Below, in pieces: positions 47,806 to 61,002 of a stretch of DNA of 64,000 nucleotides. This stretch comes from Anolis carolinensis (Eukaryota), in the NCBI RefSeq assembly GCF_035594765.1, contig NC_085846.1, positions 5,939,190 to 6,003,189 on the forward strand. Direction: 5' to 3'. The translations under genes were made by a program, and so were the position numbers. Every line of letters starts with the position of its first letter. Within the stretch, counting starts at the first letter, position 1. The notes beneath the pieces are model-generated. The model saw only the letters and a list, made by a program, of their open reading frames with translations. It did no database searches and was not told where the DNA came from.

Positions 47806-49605
47806 GTAAGTTCTGGAGAGGCACCTTCTTGATCTTGCCTTGAGACAGACTACAGCAAGGAGGAGATGCTAGTGGTGCCACAGCTGGGCACTTTTAATGG
47901 AGAGTATGTAATGGGAACATGCTCTTTGTTAAGCTTTAATCGTTCTTGTGACCTTGTACATGCTTCTTGAATAGGGCTGAAGTCTGTGTAGGGTCAAGCA
48001 ACTCAATGTGGGTTTCTCTCTGTGTCTCTCTATCTCAGCGCTGCCTGTATGGCTGCTCTTGATTATCTTCTTGGCTGCGGATGAAGTCTCTTTTTGCTCT
48101 GCTTCTTAGTGCTTTCTTCTCTCCCCTCACCCTCTGTCTCAAACTTCTGTCCCAAACCTGATTTTGTCCTTTGGAAAAAAGCCATGTCCTATTACCGAGG
48201 CAGCTGCATCTGTGCAGCAAACGAAATATTCCTGACGGAAACGTGCCTTTCAGCCAGTGGGGCTTTTGTGCATCTCCAGGGGTGCTGTGAGAGGGCCTGA
48301 GGCTGGGCTCTGGTGTGGGTGGTGGGTTTTTTCTCCACTTGCCTGGCCATCAGGTAGATAGAGGCAGAAGATTCCTTGCTGGAGGAACGTGTCATGGTCT
48401 CGATCCAGCTGTACACATTGCCAGGCCCAAATATTTCCCCCTCTGAAACCCCAAGGGCAAAGAACAAGAAACAGGGAGCGGGAAGTTGCCTGCATGGAAT
48501 GTTACACAGTTTTGTCGCATTTGGGCAGGGAACATCTGGCTCTACACTTCCACGCCAGATGCTGTCTTAATTTGATCTTGATTTCCCAAGTCTTCTTTAA
48601 GAAGCTCTTGGGTATGAGGGGAAAAATGTCTTAATATGTTCGGGGAGGAAAAAAAAATCCACATTTTCAATGTAAGGCCAAAGAGTGGCTACCGGCAGCC
48701 CCCGCCCCCTATTTTCTCCTTTTCATTCTTCACCATTCCTGCCCTTAATTGTCTTTTCCCCATTTGCCTCCTCCTCAGCCAGGAATCGTATTGCTTTAAC
48801 AGCTCGGTGCCACAATCTGCCGAAGCTCTCTCCAGAGCCACTGTCTTTCAATCATCTTAACAAATTAGCCCTCTTCCATTTCTCTCTGAGGACCCCCGCG
48901 GGGGCCTGGCGGAACAAGGGAGACATAACAAGATCAGGAGCCTTGTCGTTCCCATTTTCTGGGCCTGGCTGGCGGCACGTAGGATGTGTTTGCATGTAGC
49001 GGACCAGCGGCGTAAAGCAGCGGAAGCAGAGAAGCGAGGTTTTCTGTTCCACAGCTGAGGGCCAGGGCGACCATGTGAAATGAGCGCACACAGATCCCTG
49101 ATTGTTCTTGTTTGGTTAGCAAACTTAGGGCAGAGTTGGGGATGAGTAACATCAGGACTGTGGTGTCTAGCAAAGGGCTTCCTAACTCTTTTGTCTCTAT
49201 AGCATAGCTATGATGCAAACCATGTCCCAAAGGTGTTATTCTTAGGACTCTGCTGCGCAGGAGAAGGGATGAGCCCCTCCTGATTGTGTGGTCTTGATTC
49301 TCTTCAATTATCCTGGTTGTATTTCAGTAGCAAATATCAATCATGATGATTGTACGCAAATCATTTACCATATTGTTTAGCCTGGCTGAAGGAAGGGGCA
49401 TCTTCACATGCAGGATTTGTGTAGTAATTCTAGTTCATCCCCTTGACGGCCGTTGTATCCATTGTTTACCAAAGATTGGAACTGAATAAAGTTCTTGTGG
49501 CCTTGATCTTGGGAAGGATGGGCCTTCAAGCTCCTTTTAAGCCATGTATACCTCACCAGCTACTTTTCCTTCTTGCTGGAACCCTTAAAGGGGTTGTGTT
49601 TAGAT

Positions 49606-50311
49606 CAGTGGTTCCCAAACTTATTTGGCCTACCACCCCCTTTCCAGAAAAAAATATGACTCAGTGCCCCCTGGAAAGGGGGCGTGGCTTAGAGGGGTGG
49701 GCGTGGCTCATGCTCAAGAGGGCGGGGCTGAGACTCTTCCCTAGTCCAAGATGCAGGGCTGTGAGGGGAGGTGGGCGGGGCCACAAATGGGCGGCCAGGA
49801 CTGGGATGGGCGGAGTTACGAGCTCTGAGGCAGGGCTGAGCTTCTATCCCTGTCCTGCGGCGCCTGCCAGGACACAGGGGGTGGGGCTAGAGGAGGGGGC
49901 GTGGCCTCTTCCTAAGTGCCTGATGGGGCTGAACCTCTATACCCCGTCCCCATGTTCTAACAAGCGCCTCAGGGAAGGTATACAGAGGCTCAGCCCTGTC
50001 TCGTGCTCTTGGGAAGAGGCCCCACCCTAGCCCTACCCTTTAGTCCTAAAAGGCCTCTCAGGAGAGGTATAGAGGCTCAGCCCTATCTCGGGCTCTTGAA
50101 AGGAGGCCCCGCCCCCTTCCCTAGCTCTGCCCTCTGTGTCCGAACAAGAGCCTCAGAAGAGGTATAGATTCTCAGCCCTGTCTCCGGCACTTGGGAAGAG
50201 GCCCCACCCCTCCTCTGGCCCCGCTCCCGTGTCCTAATAGGTGCCATCACCGCCCCCCTGGATCGCTCCAGCGCCCACCAGGGGCAGTAGCACCCACTTT
50301 GGGAATCACTG
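49606..50311. mobile_element. GC-rich non-autonomous hAT element
   Basis: TIRs CAGTGGTTCCCAAA...TTTGGGAATCACTG; 8-bp TSD GT(T/C)TAGAT; internal degenerate repeats. Confidence 0.85.
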
Positions 50312-50848
50312 GTCTAGATCCACGGGAACAGCTATGTTGGACCAGATAAAAGGCTTTTCTTGTCTAGCATTTGTCTCCCACTGTAGCCAACCATGTGCTT
50401 TTGGGAGACTTTGAAACACAATGTGAGTGAAACAGCATCCTCCCACTTAATAAGTTCTCATAAAATGGTTTTTGTGGGACATAATGAGATAACGTGTAGC
50501 CATCCCAACTAGTAGCCATTGGTTGCCGCATCCTCCATGGACTTGTGTCATTCCATGTAATTGTTTAACAGAAGGACACTGAATGACAAATAAATGCTCT
50601 ACTGGAAGAGGCCAAAGGCATATTTAGTCCAGCATCTGATTTCTCACAGTGGCCAAGCAGATGCCTACTTGGCTAGTTGTCAAGGATGAACAGGTGAGAT
50701 TGTGCCCCTTTAGACTGGAATAGTCTTGTTTCCGCAGTTAGGAGGTCATGCCACTAAACATTGCCTCTGTATGAAAACTGGAGTTCTCTCAGTTTTTTGC
50801 TTGAGCTTTTGCCAAGAACTTCATTTCCTTTCTCACTTTGTTGCCCAG

Positions 50849-51019
50849 AAACCCTTGATCCAAGACCGCCTGGCCCTATCTGGCCTCAAGGATGAGATGT
50901 GGACAGCAGAGCATGAGGCCACTATGGATGCGTTTCTGACAGACCCTACTAAACAGCTGCTTGTGTTTTACATTGATGAATTTGCCGGATTGAAAGCAGA
51001 GTTCGTCATGCCTCCCCAG
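50849..51019 (+). CDS. DNAH2: DNAH2 coding exon 3 (KPLIQDRLALSGLKDEMW...EFVMPPQ)
   Basis: 171 nt, AG/GT bounded; matches recalled human KPLFLSRAALTGL...ELGMPVQ. Confidence 0.92.
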
Positions 51020-52014
51020 GTGGGTCTGCCTCAACATGCCCTAGACCTTTTGAGGATCCCTCTGTTTCTTCAATCATAAGGGAGATTTGGTTTTCCTGTG
51101 CCAGCATCCAGCTTCTTATGCCATGCTTCTGTAATAGCATGGCATAAGAAGAGCACTGTGGATTAGGCCTGGTCTAGCAGTCTGTTCCTGATGTTCCAAT
51201 ACAAAACCAGAAGCAGGTCACAAGAGCAGCAACTGGTTTTGAGAGAGATTCTGCTTTTGGTTCTGGATATAATATATACTTATCATGAGGATTAACCACC
51301 AGCAGCCTTGTACTTCAGGAATGTGAATTCAGGCATTCTGAGTAACACCAGAAACGTCAAAGTGACAACAGGAATGGGATTACACACTCTATCCTTGTCC
51401 ATGATGGCCAGAATCTTATAGTTAGTCTCAGTTAGGGTAGACCCATTGAATCACTTATTAAATGGCAAGACAACATATATGTCGGTCACATTAAAGTATG
51501 ACTTCTATTCCTGAGAGAGTGGTACCCCAGTTTTATTTTCCTGCCCCTGGAAAAATATATCCTGTCTAGAAATTTTGAGGCCCACTAGGTGATTCTATGC
51601 TATGCTTATGCCAGAAGTTCCCAAAGGGTTGTCCTGAAGGACCAAGCAAATTCCTGGAAAGCATTCTGTGTCTTGATCCTCTGATCATTTATTTTACGGG
51701 TTTGTCTCTCAGGATTGGAGGAGGTTAAATTGCTCTGAGTCCCAAAACAGATCTTGCCTGAAAGTGGTAGGGAAATCCAGTTCTCCATTTAAAAGCATGT
51801 CAGTCACAATCTACCACCCAGCATTCATCCACTTCAGTTTGTTTTGGAAGGCTGATGTCCACAGTGCAACGAGACTTGGGTGTCCATTTCTGCTGTGGAT
51901 TGTGTGGCCCAGTCCAGGATCCGGGGGAAGATGGGCAGTTCAGAAGCTCTTTCTCCAGGGGAAATTCACCAGGGAAAATGTGCTTCCACCTCAAATTCTC
52001 TATTGTTTTTGCAG

Positions 52015-52243
52015 GAACAAGATCAAATTACTTATTTTATCCGCCAAGAGAACGCAGAGATCTTGGAAGAGAATTTCCACGAGGTCGTGCAAGTGGGGAC
52101 GGTGCGGAAGCCCTACATCGACTCCTTGTGGCGCCTTTTCAATGCGGTCTACCTCCCCCGGCTCTTCCGCAAATCAAATTGGCCTGAGAGCATCAAGAAT
52201 GAATTTTTCTCAGAAATCTACCACTTCATGACTTCGCTCACAG
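52015..52243 (+). CDS. DNAH2: DNAH2 coding exon 4 (EQDQITYFIRQ...NWPESIKNEF...MTSLT)
   Basis: 229 nt, AG/GT bounded; YFIRQ and WPESI motifs as in human DNAH2. Confidence 0.95.
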
Positions 52244-52489
52244 GTAGGCCTCTGTCTTCTTTTCATTCCACATTTGACCTTTACGTTGAGCTGGATTTAC
52301 CTTTTATTAAGTACTAAGACCTTCTACATCTTAATATAGTTCAGATCAATAATGTAGTTCAGATTGATCTGTGAAATGTAGTGCTCCTCGGGTGTTAGGT
52401 GTTCTGAATGATAAGGGGTGAGTTCGGGGAAAAGCTATGAACAATTTTTCCTGTTCTGTAATTTCGGAAGAAAGGCTTATCTATCTATC

Positions 52490-52561
52490 TATCTTCCTTC
52501 TTTCCTTCTTCCCTTCCTTCCTTCCTTCCTTCCTTCCTTCCTTCCTTCCTTCCTTCCTTCC
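52490..52561 (+). repeat. (CTTC)n microsatellite
   Basis: Tetranucleotide run ~90 nt upstream of a DNAH2 acceptor. Confidence 0.92.
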
Positions 52562-52649
52562 ACAATCCTGTAAACAACAGGTTGTTAGCAAGATATATTT
52601 CTGCTTAGTCACGTTAACTGGCCTCTCTTTCACACTTGTCCCTCTCCAG

Positions 52650-52760
52650 ATACCCGTTCCAGAATGCGGGACCGCACTGTCCTCTATGTCCCAATTGAGG
52701 CTATGATGATAAAGACGGAGGTGGCCTTGAAGGACAAAGCCCTGGTCCAGCGGCTGGAGA
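52650..52760 (+). CDS. DNAH2: DNAH2 coding exon 5 (DTRSRMRDRTVLYVPIEAM...KDKALVQRLE)
   Basis: 111 nt; acceptor ctccAG, donor GTGAGT; matches human DTRYKLEGHTVLYIP...KDKELVQRLE. Confidence 0.95.
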
Positions 52761-53482
52761 GTGAGTGATGGGTCTTTGGGGACCTGGGCCAGAAGGGGAG
52801 GGGAGGGGAGAGGAAGGGGTAACAGGATCAGCGACACAGGAAAAGGGCGGAGGGAGAGGATAATGCTTGACCGAAGGGCTTCTGCGAGGAGCCGCACTCA
52901 GTCTGTAAGTGAATTAACCCCCGGCAGCATATGAGCTGCATCCATCATTCCCAATCACGGAAAACAGGTTTGTCAGGCTGTGAGCGTGTTCAGGGTCCCG
53001 TTGTGGGGTTATTAGTTCTGCTGCAGGCGTTCTGTCAGGAAAGAGAATGCAAGAGCGGCTTCGGCCCCCTTCCCAGCGCTCCCACCTTGCCGTTGGTCAC
53101 GTGTTGGCTCTGGGTGGAATTTGCTCCTCGCCCATCAAAATTCTGCACCACACGCAGAATACTGTGTACAAATGAAGCCAACGATGGCATTGGGACAGCA
53201 CCTCTCCCCTTTTCTTCCTGCAGCATTTGAGCTTTCACAATTTTTCAAGATATTTTAGCACTGTCTGGGGAAAGTGTACAGGCTGAGAGAAGTAGCAGCT
53301 CATGGAGGCCTGGAAAGAAGTGGGCTGCTATATCTGCAGAAGAGAGGGGCTGCCTCCTCCAGAAATTCTGTCTCCCCACATTTCAAGCCCTTGTCGATCA
53401 TTCCATTCTAGTGGCCGAAGAGCTCTTTGCCCATCCTAGGATTACGCTGTTAGAGCACTGCCATTTTGGTGTCCACTTAAAG

Positions 53483-53586
53483 CAGTGGTTCTCAACCTGT
53501 GGGTCTCCAGAAATCCTAGAAACTGGCTGGGATTTCTGGGAGTTGTAGGCCAAAACATCTGGGAACCCACAGGTTGAGAACCACTG
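53483..53586. mobile_element. SPIN-type hAT MITE
   Basis: TIRs CAGTGGTTCTCAACCTGTGGGT; perfect 8-bp TSD ACTTAAAG. Confidence 0.9.
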
Positions 53587-55754
53587 ACTTAAAGCAACAA
53601 TCACTGAGGGTTCAGTCAGATGACCCCTCCCTCTGCCCTTAGGGCTATATAGGGTTGCATTCTCCTGCACAGTTCATTCCTATTTTAAAAACTTTAAAAT
53701 CTCAAAATGTCTCCTCTTCCTTTCAGCACGTGCTATATCAGCGGCCTCGTTGTTAATAATCCCATATTACTGAGCAGCTAAAAAGATTCGTGCCTGCTGT
53801 TCCTATGAAAGGTTAGAGTGATTTCTTGAAGGCAAATCCCGGTAAATCTCAGAGAGACTCAGGAAATCCCCAAAGTGCCAGAAGCAGACGACTGTCTAAT
53901 TCAGATCCTTGTCATGAGGGATTCTCAGTTATGAACTGTATTCTAACCCCATTTGCTTTCCTTGTGGAAGTACATATACTCCGTGGGGCTGAACAACGGT
54001 CCCTCTCATCTAGGTATCCTTTTCCCCCTCAGTAACTTAGCCCTACATTTGCAGCACTGAAAGGGGATCGTCTCTCTCCCACTATGGGTTCTCCAGAGGA
54101 ATAGTCCTAAACTAGACCTTCCTTTCTTTTTCCCTGTGGAATTTCTTCCCTCTTTTAAAGTCTTCTAAACCAGTGGCTCTCACCACATCTTGTGTCAGCA
54201 AATCCTCTTAGTGTGAAAAAAATGTTTTCTCCTGCCTTTCTGTGACTCTGCTGCCAAACTGTTTTCATTGAGTGACCTCACATTCTTGTGTATCTCAAAG
54301 AGTGGGGGAAGCCCACCTTTCCTACTTTCTGCACATCGTGCATGGTTTATAAACCCTCACGATGCGTCATTCTCCATGCCCCCACGTGCCCCCACAGTGG
54401 CATCTCTGGGCTGCTGTCTTGTGACCAACTACTAAGCAATAAGATGGTCGAGGTGAGTCATTCTTCATCTTGCGCTCCAGCACTTCCTCTCCTCAGGTCT
54501 ATTATAAATCCTGCTGTTATTATTTTGGAAAAAAAATCCACAGAGGTGGTGTCAGCGGAGGAGGAAGGGAGGGAAAACACATAGATCGAAAATCTCAAGA
54601 ATACAAAAGGAGGCAGGGGGTCAGGAGGCCAGGCCCTGGCTACCCAGTCAAGCTGCGGTGCGGTTTTTGTTCTGAGCATGTGTAGTGCTAGCCGCGGAGC
54701 TAAGCTTGGAGCGTGTCCAGACCTGCTTTCAACGCCTGTGGCTCTGTTCTGAACACAGAAAGCAATAATACAGGTGAGAGGGCAGCAGGCCTTTATTTAG
54801 CCATAGGAGTAGCTCAGGCTGTTCCTTCATCTGTGGAGAATTTGAAAAGTGGACACCCACAGCTTTGTGTTTTTGTGGCAGCCAGTGCTGCCTTAAAAGC
54901 ACTGACCTGTGAGAAAAGCTCTGTTGATGCAGCCTTTCTTTGCATCAGGAAACTCTCAGCTGGCCAGGCCTTGTGCTAGTAAGGCTGACCACTATCCCAC
55001 AACCTCTTCCACGTGGTTGCTGCAAAGGGCCCAAATAAATTGCATCCTTCACACATTACAGATTACCTTAAGTGACCCTCCACAGTCCATAAGCTCTGTT
55101 GAGAAGACCTTCATGAAAGTATTCATGGTAGTTGCTGCACCTTGGCAGGACACCTTTGTTCTCATGATAAAACCGGCACAAAGTCCCCATTTATTTATGT
55201 TTTTGAAAGGCTTTGGTAGGCATTGGAAGGGTGGGAAATATTAAAGATCCACAGGTTCCTATTATATCATTATTTTTTGCTATTTTTAATCGATGTGTGA
55301 GGCGTCCCAAGCCCTGGGGGTATTATTCTTTCAGAGACCCGTTCTGCCCTTTGCTTTGCTTATCTTGTGAGAGCTTCGCTTTGTGCCTGCGGGGAAGGGC
55401 ACAACCTTCCTGCACCAATCTATTCATCTGCCTCCGGGCAGGAGCCTCGTAGACAGAGAAAGCCATTTTCTCATTTTGTCCCTGGCTCCCATCTTCTTTT
55501 AACCTCTGCCTGTATTTCAAGCATGCAGGGCAGGGTGAAATGCCTGGTGGAGCCCATCAGATTCCCTCCAGTTCAAGGCGAAATTGAACATCCCAGGGGC
55601 CTGCAAGTGGGAGCAACCAGGCACTGAAGCAGGCCCGGATGTGTGCCTGCAGCTGGCCTTTATGGCTGGAGTGGGCGTAATGGCAGCACACCCACGTCTT
55701 CAGATACAGGCCTGAGTATATCATGTGCAAAGTGAGGAGTGAGCCAGAAAAGCC

Positions 55755-56315
55755 AGTGCAATTTTAGGCTGCATCAATTAAAAATATAGTGTGTAGACTG
55801 AGGGAAGGCATAGTCCCATCCTGTTCTGCTTTGGTCAGACCTCACCTGGAATAAGATTTGACCATTTCTGGGAAAAGCTATTCAAGAAGGAGATGGACAA
55901 GCTGGAACGTGTCCAGAGAAGGGCAACCAAAATAACCAAAGGTTTGGAAGCCAAGTTCTCTGAGGAGTGGCGTAGAGAGCTGTGGAAGTTTACTTGAGGG
56001 AAGACTGAGAGGAAACATGATAACTGATTAAATATTGAGGAGTGGGCAGGTTTGCTTTCTACTCTAGAGATTAGGATATGGAGCAATGGATTCAAGCTGC
56101 AGGAAAACAGATTCTACCTGAACATTAGGAAGAACTCCCTGACAGCTAGAACTGTGGAACTCACTGCCTCAGAGTGTGGTGGAGTTTCCTTCTCTGAAGG
56201 TTTTTAAGCAGAAGCTAGATGACCACTTGTTTGGAATGCTTTGATTGTATTTGATACCTGTCAGGAAGTTAGACTGGGTGAACCCTGTGGTCTCTTCCAA
56301 CTCTATGATTTTATG
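55755..56315 (+). mobile_element. old CR1 LINE 3' fragment
   Basis: Degenerate copy of the 44470-45070 region, with the CR1 tail. Confidence 0.85.
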
Positions 56316-59300
56316 ATATAATGTGTTAAGTGAGGAGTGATCAGGGTTATAATCTGAAGGGCAAAAATAAATAGGGCTGAGCTGATGCCAAGTTCTAAGT
56401 CAAGCTGGTGAAGCAATGGAGTTGAGTCAGGAACAAATGAAACCCAAGGTCACAGTCCAGAGTCAAAAATGCCAGTAATCAGAAGAGCTTCAGAGTTAGG
56501 TTTCAAGACAAGGGTAACAACAAAGAAGTTGGAAATACCATTTGTCAGAGTCCAGTAATCAAACACCAGGAGTTCTTGAAAACAAACCGAGGGGCAGCAG
56601 AGCCAGGTCCCAGAGCAAGAATACAATGTTGTCTACCACCCAGAGACACAATATTGAGGGTTTTTCATGTTGAGGTCTCAACTGGTGCTTGTTTCATCAT
56701 CCTTTCACAGCTAATATTTGAGACCTGTGATGCCTTCCCTCTTCCAGAGGAGTTATGGTTAACCCTTCACTAGCATTGTTCAGAATGCTTTCAGCAGTGG
56801 TTGAGTTAGGCCAGGCAGACTCCTGGAAGCTGCTGGCCATGACACACATACTCTCAGCTTTGCAACAGACGTGATATGGTCCTCCAGAGCTTTGGAGCTT
56901 GGGTTGAACCAAGCTGGAGGAGAAATAACCTCAAGGAGGCATGGATTTTAGAGCAGCAAAAAAGAGGGGGGAAAAGCAGTGGGCCAAATTGGAGGAAAGT
57001 TGCAAATGAGAAGGGAGGGTTTGGCCCACGCACAGAGGTAGTCAGAGATGCACACACAACAGCCCTGCATGGCACTCCCCTTGTTTAAAGATGCAGGCCC
57101 AGTGCCACTCTGCCTGCTTTGGCCCTTGGGGACCCTGCCTGGCGTGGCCTTGTGTCCTTGTTCATGTCTCCCTCCCTGGCATCCCAGGGGCCTCCGGTTG
57201 CGTTACTGCCCTGCGGGCAAGAAATGTTGAGGAGAGGAATCGCCAGTCAGATCGGGAGCAGCCGCTCGTTTGTTCCGCCCTGCGCAAATTCAATTGAACG
57301 TCTCGCGACGGACAAGTGGGAAAAGATGTTGACTGAATTATGCAGTGCGCGTGTCTCTATTAGGAATGATAAAGCCAAACCCCGCAAAGGTGTGACTCAC
57401 GGAGAGGGTTATTTTGTCCTTTTCTTCCTAATGCAAATGGTAGCAGGAGCCCACTGAGAGAGCAAGCTGCGGCTGTAGTGCCCATCCTCCGCGACAGCCT
57501 GGCTGTCTGGGAAACGTCTTGCACATTATGCTTTGAATTCATACTCAGAAAATGTCTCTGTGTAGCTACAACTAATGTGTGTGCATGTTGGGGGGGGGGG
57601 GGGGCGATTCAGTCTGATACATCATTAGAATTGTATGCTTCAGGGATTGGGGCCTGGCTCCAGTTTTGCACAGCACAGATGTACACACGACCGCAAACAC
57701 ACCTTTGCTATCGTACGGTGCGGAAAGCTGCCAAAGCCATTGTATGGTTGTGTGTTGATTTTCTTCTGGGGTCTGGAAGTACTGGCTCCTTGTTCCTTCT
57801 GCATTGCTTGTGGTGTTAAAATAAATTGCTATTACGGTTGGCTGTAACAATGAGGGAAAATAAAAAAGGCTTTTAGTAACAACAGGTATTAATTGACTCG
57901 TTTTCTGGCCTGAAAGCAAGAGCTCTTCAGCATGGTCCAGCCTTGTGCAAATGTGGGGTGAGAGAAGCAGACCCCAGAGAGTTCTTATCGCCCCTTCCAT
58001 TAGTTTGGTAGGTTCAAAAACAACAACGACGAAAAGCAGGCGAGCGCACAGGAGTCATATCTGGCGCAACTCCTGCATTATATTATATTTGGAGTAGGGG
58101 AATGTAAGGAGACTGAAGTGGAATGAGCCCCTTTTCAAAGTTGGGAAGCGTTCTGGAGAAAATCCCCCACTGCCGAACACAGATGGAGGATTTGAAATTC
58201 ACATGATTGTCCCATAATGAGAGGCCTGTGTGCTTGGCAGCGCCCAGCCTGTGCTGTGCGCATTAAAATCTTCCCATGCCTGGATATTTTGCATGGCAAT
58301 GCATGCTTGGGTTAAGCATCCAATTGGCTACCTCAGGGTCGTCTCTTGTGTGACTAAAACCTCAGCTGTTATCAAGCACTTAGAGATACTTGGCTATTCT
58401 AATCCCTGGGCTGCCTGATTGTCTTACCCCTGTAATTTGGCACAGAGACTGCCGCTTCCACGCTGCGATACTAACTCTTCCGAGGTGGCTGCTCTGGAGC
58501 TATTAGCCGCTTCCATTCGGAGAGCAGGGGGAGGCAGCAAACTTGGCCAGCTCCCTTCGCCACAAAACTTTCTCTGCAGATGGAGCCGGGGTGCTCCCGC
58601 CGAGAATTTCTGCTTCAAGGGAGGGCCTTGTTTACCTGGCAGTGTTTGGGGGGTCTCTCTTTTCTGAAGCCTCAGGAGAACCCCTCCGTCCCTTGCGACT
58701 CAGCCGTGGCGCGCCTCCTTCCTTTGGCTTCTCCCCACAATGCACTTGGACTTGATGCATTTGGGATCTATCAGAGAACAGACCGCAAAGTAGAAGGCAA
58801 TTTCTGCACCAGGCCAGACTCCGCAACCAAAGTCCCATATTAAAGAGCAGGGATGACAGTGCATTTTGGCAGGCGGCAGTGCCTCGCATATCGAATGCTT
58901 AGGACAAAGAACTTGCTGTGTTCCACGCTGTTGTACAGGAGAGCAACACGGTGCTGAGACATAAAAGCATCGATGCTCAAAACAGTGTGCGTTCACATGG
59001 AACAAAAGCAAATGGCACCAGGTCCTCTTGGAGGGATGTTCCCCCCTCCCCAAAGGACCCGCTTTATTTCTGCTTGGGTCACACTTATCTCTTTTTTTAC
59101 GGGAGTAAATTTCTCGGCTTTTCTCCCTCAGGAAGTCTGTCTTCAGTTCAGGCATGACAATATTCCAAAAATCATTTGTAATTTCCAGAGAGGGAATAGA
59201 GCTTTTCTCTAGCAGGCTGTCTTGGAGGAGGTGGAGCAACGCCGACTCCATTCGCAGTCACGCAGACAGGCAGTACAAAGAGCTGGGGGAACTTGCTCAA

Positions 59301-59756
59301 GGCCCCTCCTGAGTTTCAGCCTTTTTGTAAAACATTACAGGAGCTGATGCATGCGCTGGGTTGTAGAACGGAAGCCTGTGATCATGTGGACGTGGCTGCA
59401 GGTCCAGGCTAAAATGTGCTTTGTTCCCCCTTTCCTTTGACTGTGTCACTCAGTAGTCCAGAGTTGGCACCGCCTTCTCTTTCATGGCAACATGTTGGCC
59501 AGCAGGGTGGATTCTTTTTTAATGCAGGAAATGGAACAAGCCCGCGATATGGGTTAGCAAACTGAGAAGTGGCCTGGTCTAAGCCATAACATAACTGAAC
59601 AACCTCAGGTCTCAGATGGGAAATATCTCATTTGCAATCCAAGATGCTCTTAGATTGCACATCTCATCATCCCTAGCCAACAGAGGTAGGAATGAGGGAT
59701 GAGAGTTGCAGGCTGTCCATCCTGACACTACTTTCTTTGTTCTAATATAACACTAA

Positions 59757-60052
59757 AAAAGGTAAAGGCTTCCCCTGACGTCAAGTCCAGTCATGTCCGA
59801 CTCTGGGGGTTGGTGTTCATCTCCATTTCTAAGCCGAAGAGCCAGCATTGTCCGTAGACACCTCCGCCATTACCTTCCTGCCGGAGCGGTACCTATTGAT
59901 CTACTCACATTGGCATGTTTTCAAACTGCTAGGTTGGCAGAAGCTGGAGCTAACAGCGGGCACTCACTCTGCTCCCGGGATTTGAACCTGGGACCTTTCG
60001 GTCTGCAAGTTCAGCAGCTCAGTGCTTTAACACACTTCATCACCCGGGCTCC
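59757..60052 (-). mobile_element. Sauria SINE with internal deletion
   Basis: TSD AATATAACACTA. Confidence 0.88.
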
Positions 60053-60573
60053 ACAATATAACACTATGTAATGAAATTTGGGGAAAAAAAATCCTGTTTT
60101 GAAAGTGTTATTCCTGTTTTGAAAGTGCTTTGAATGTGATTTTCCTGCTTCTTGGAAGGGGGTTGGACTGGATGGCCCATGGGGTCTCCTCCAACTCTTA
60201 TGATTCTATGACTCTGTTTTCTGTTTAATTGAGCGGGACTTGTCGTTTTACTCCAGAAACTTAGTTTTTGTGGCTGCCACAAACTATGTTGAATTGGTTG
60301 AGACGCTGTGAGATATTCATTGAAAAACTATCACAAAGTGTGCTGCAGGATGTCCCTTCCACAAAAACAAAGTTTCTGCAGTTTCATAAACTTTTCTCAT
60401 GTTTTTATGATAGAACCAATTAGGAAATGACATCTCGGGAACAAAAATCGTGTAATGGGGAGGCCCTTTACTCTTAGATCTGGTCAGAGTTTTTAACACT
60501 GAGGGTTTGCTCAGGTGCCTCAACAAGGAATGGCCTGGGTAGATTTCCCATTAACTGATCCACTTTGTTCCAG

Positions 60574-60812
60574 CTTCAATGATTCACTGGACTCGCCAGA
60601 TCAAGGAGGTGTTGAGGGCCCAGGAAGCTGTGGAGAGCAGGGAGAGCTCGGGCCCGCTGGAGGAGATTGAGTTCTGGAGGAACCGCTGCACCGATCTCTC
60701 AGAAATCAGCAAGCAGCTCTACCAAGAAGGGGTGAAGCACATTGAATCCATTTTGAGTTTGTCCAAGTCTTCCTACGTTGCCCCATTCCAGCGACTATCC
60801 AAACAAATACAG
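60574..60812 (+). CDS. DNAH2: DNAH2 coding exon 6 (TSMIHWTRQIKEVL...GPLEEIEFWRNRC...KQIQ), start of the DHC N-terminal region 1
   Basis: 239 nt, AG/GT bounded; near-identical to human SMIHWTRQIKE...GPLEEIEFWRNRC. Confidence 0.97.
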
Positions 60813-61002
60813 GTGAGTACATTAGGTGTGGAAGTAGAGAAGAGATACCCCAAGCAAGTGGGTCTGGTTTGGTCTCATTCAGGATTCTCCAGGCTTCTGA
60901 TGGGCTCACAAGGGAGCGGACCAAAGAGCTGTGTCACTGAGCTTTTGGGACTGGCATTGGCCCTGGGTTGCACTGATTGCTTGTTTGGCTTTCCTTTTGC
61001 AG

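Noticed and set aside
48192-48467. Minus-strand ORF with a possible donor in a DNAH2 intron
   Set aside because: No homology recognised and no consistent downstream exon.
56322-56770. Additional decayed solo LTR
   Set aside because: Composition resembles the other LTRs, but I could not define ends or a TSD.
58700-59251. 183-aa minus-strand ORF as a nested gene
   Set aside because: No recognisable domain, a Cys/His-rich random-looking composition, and no supporting exon structure.
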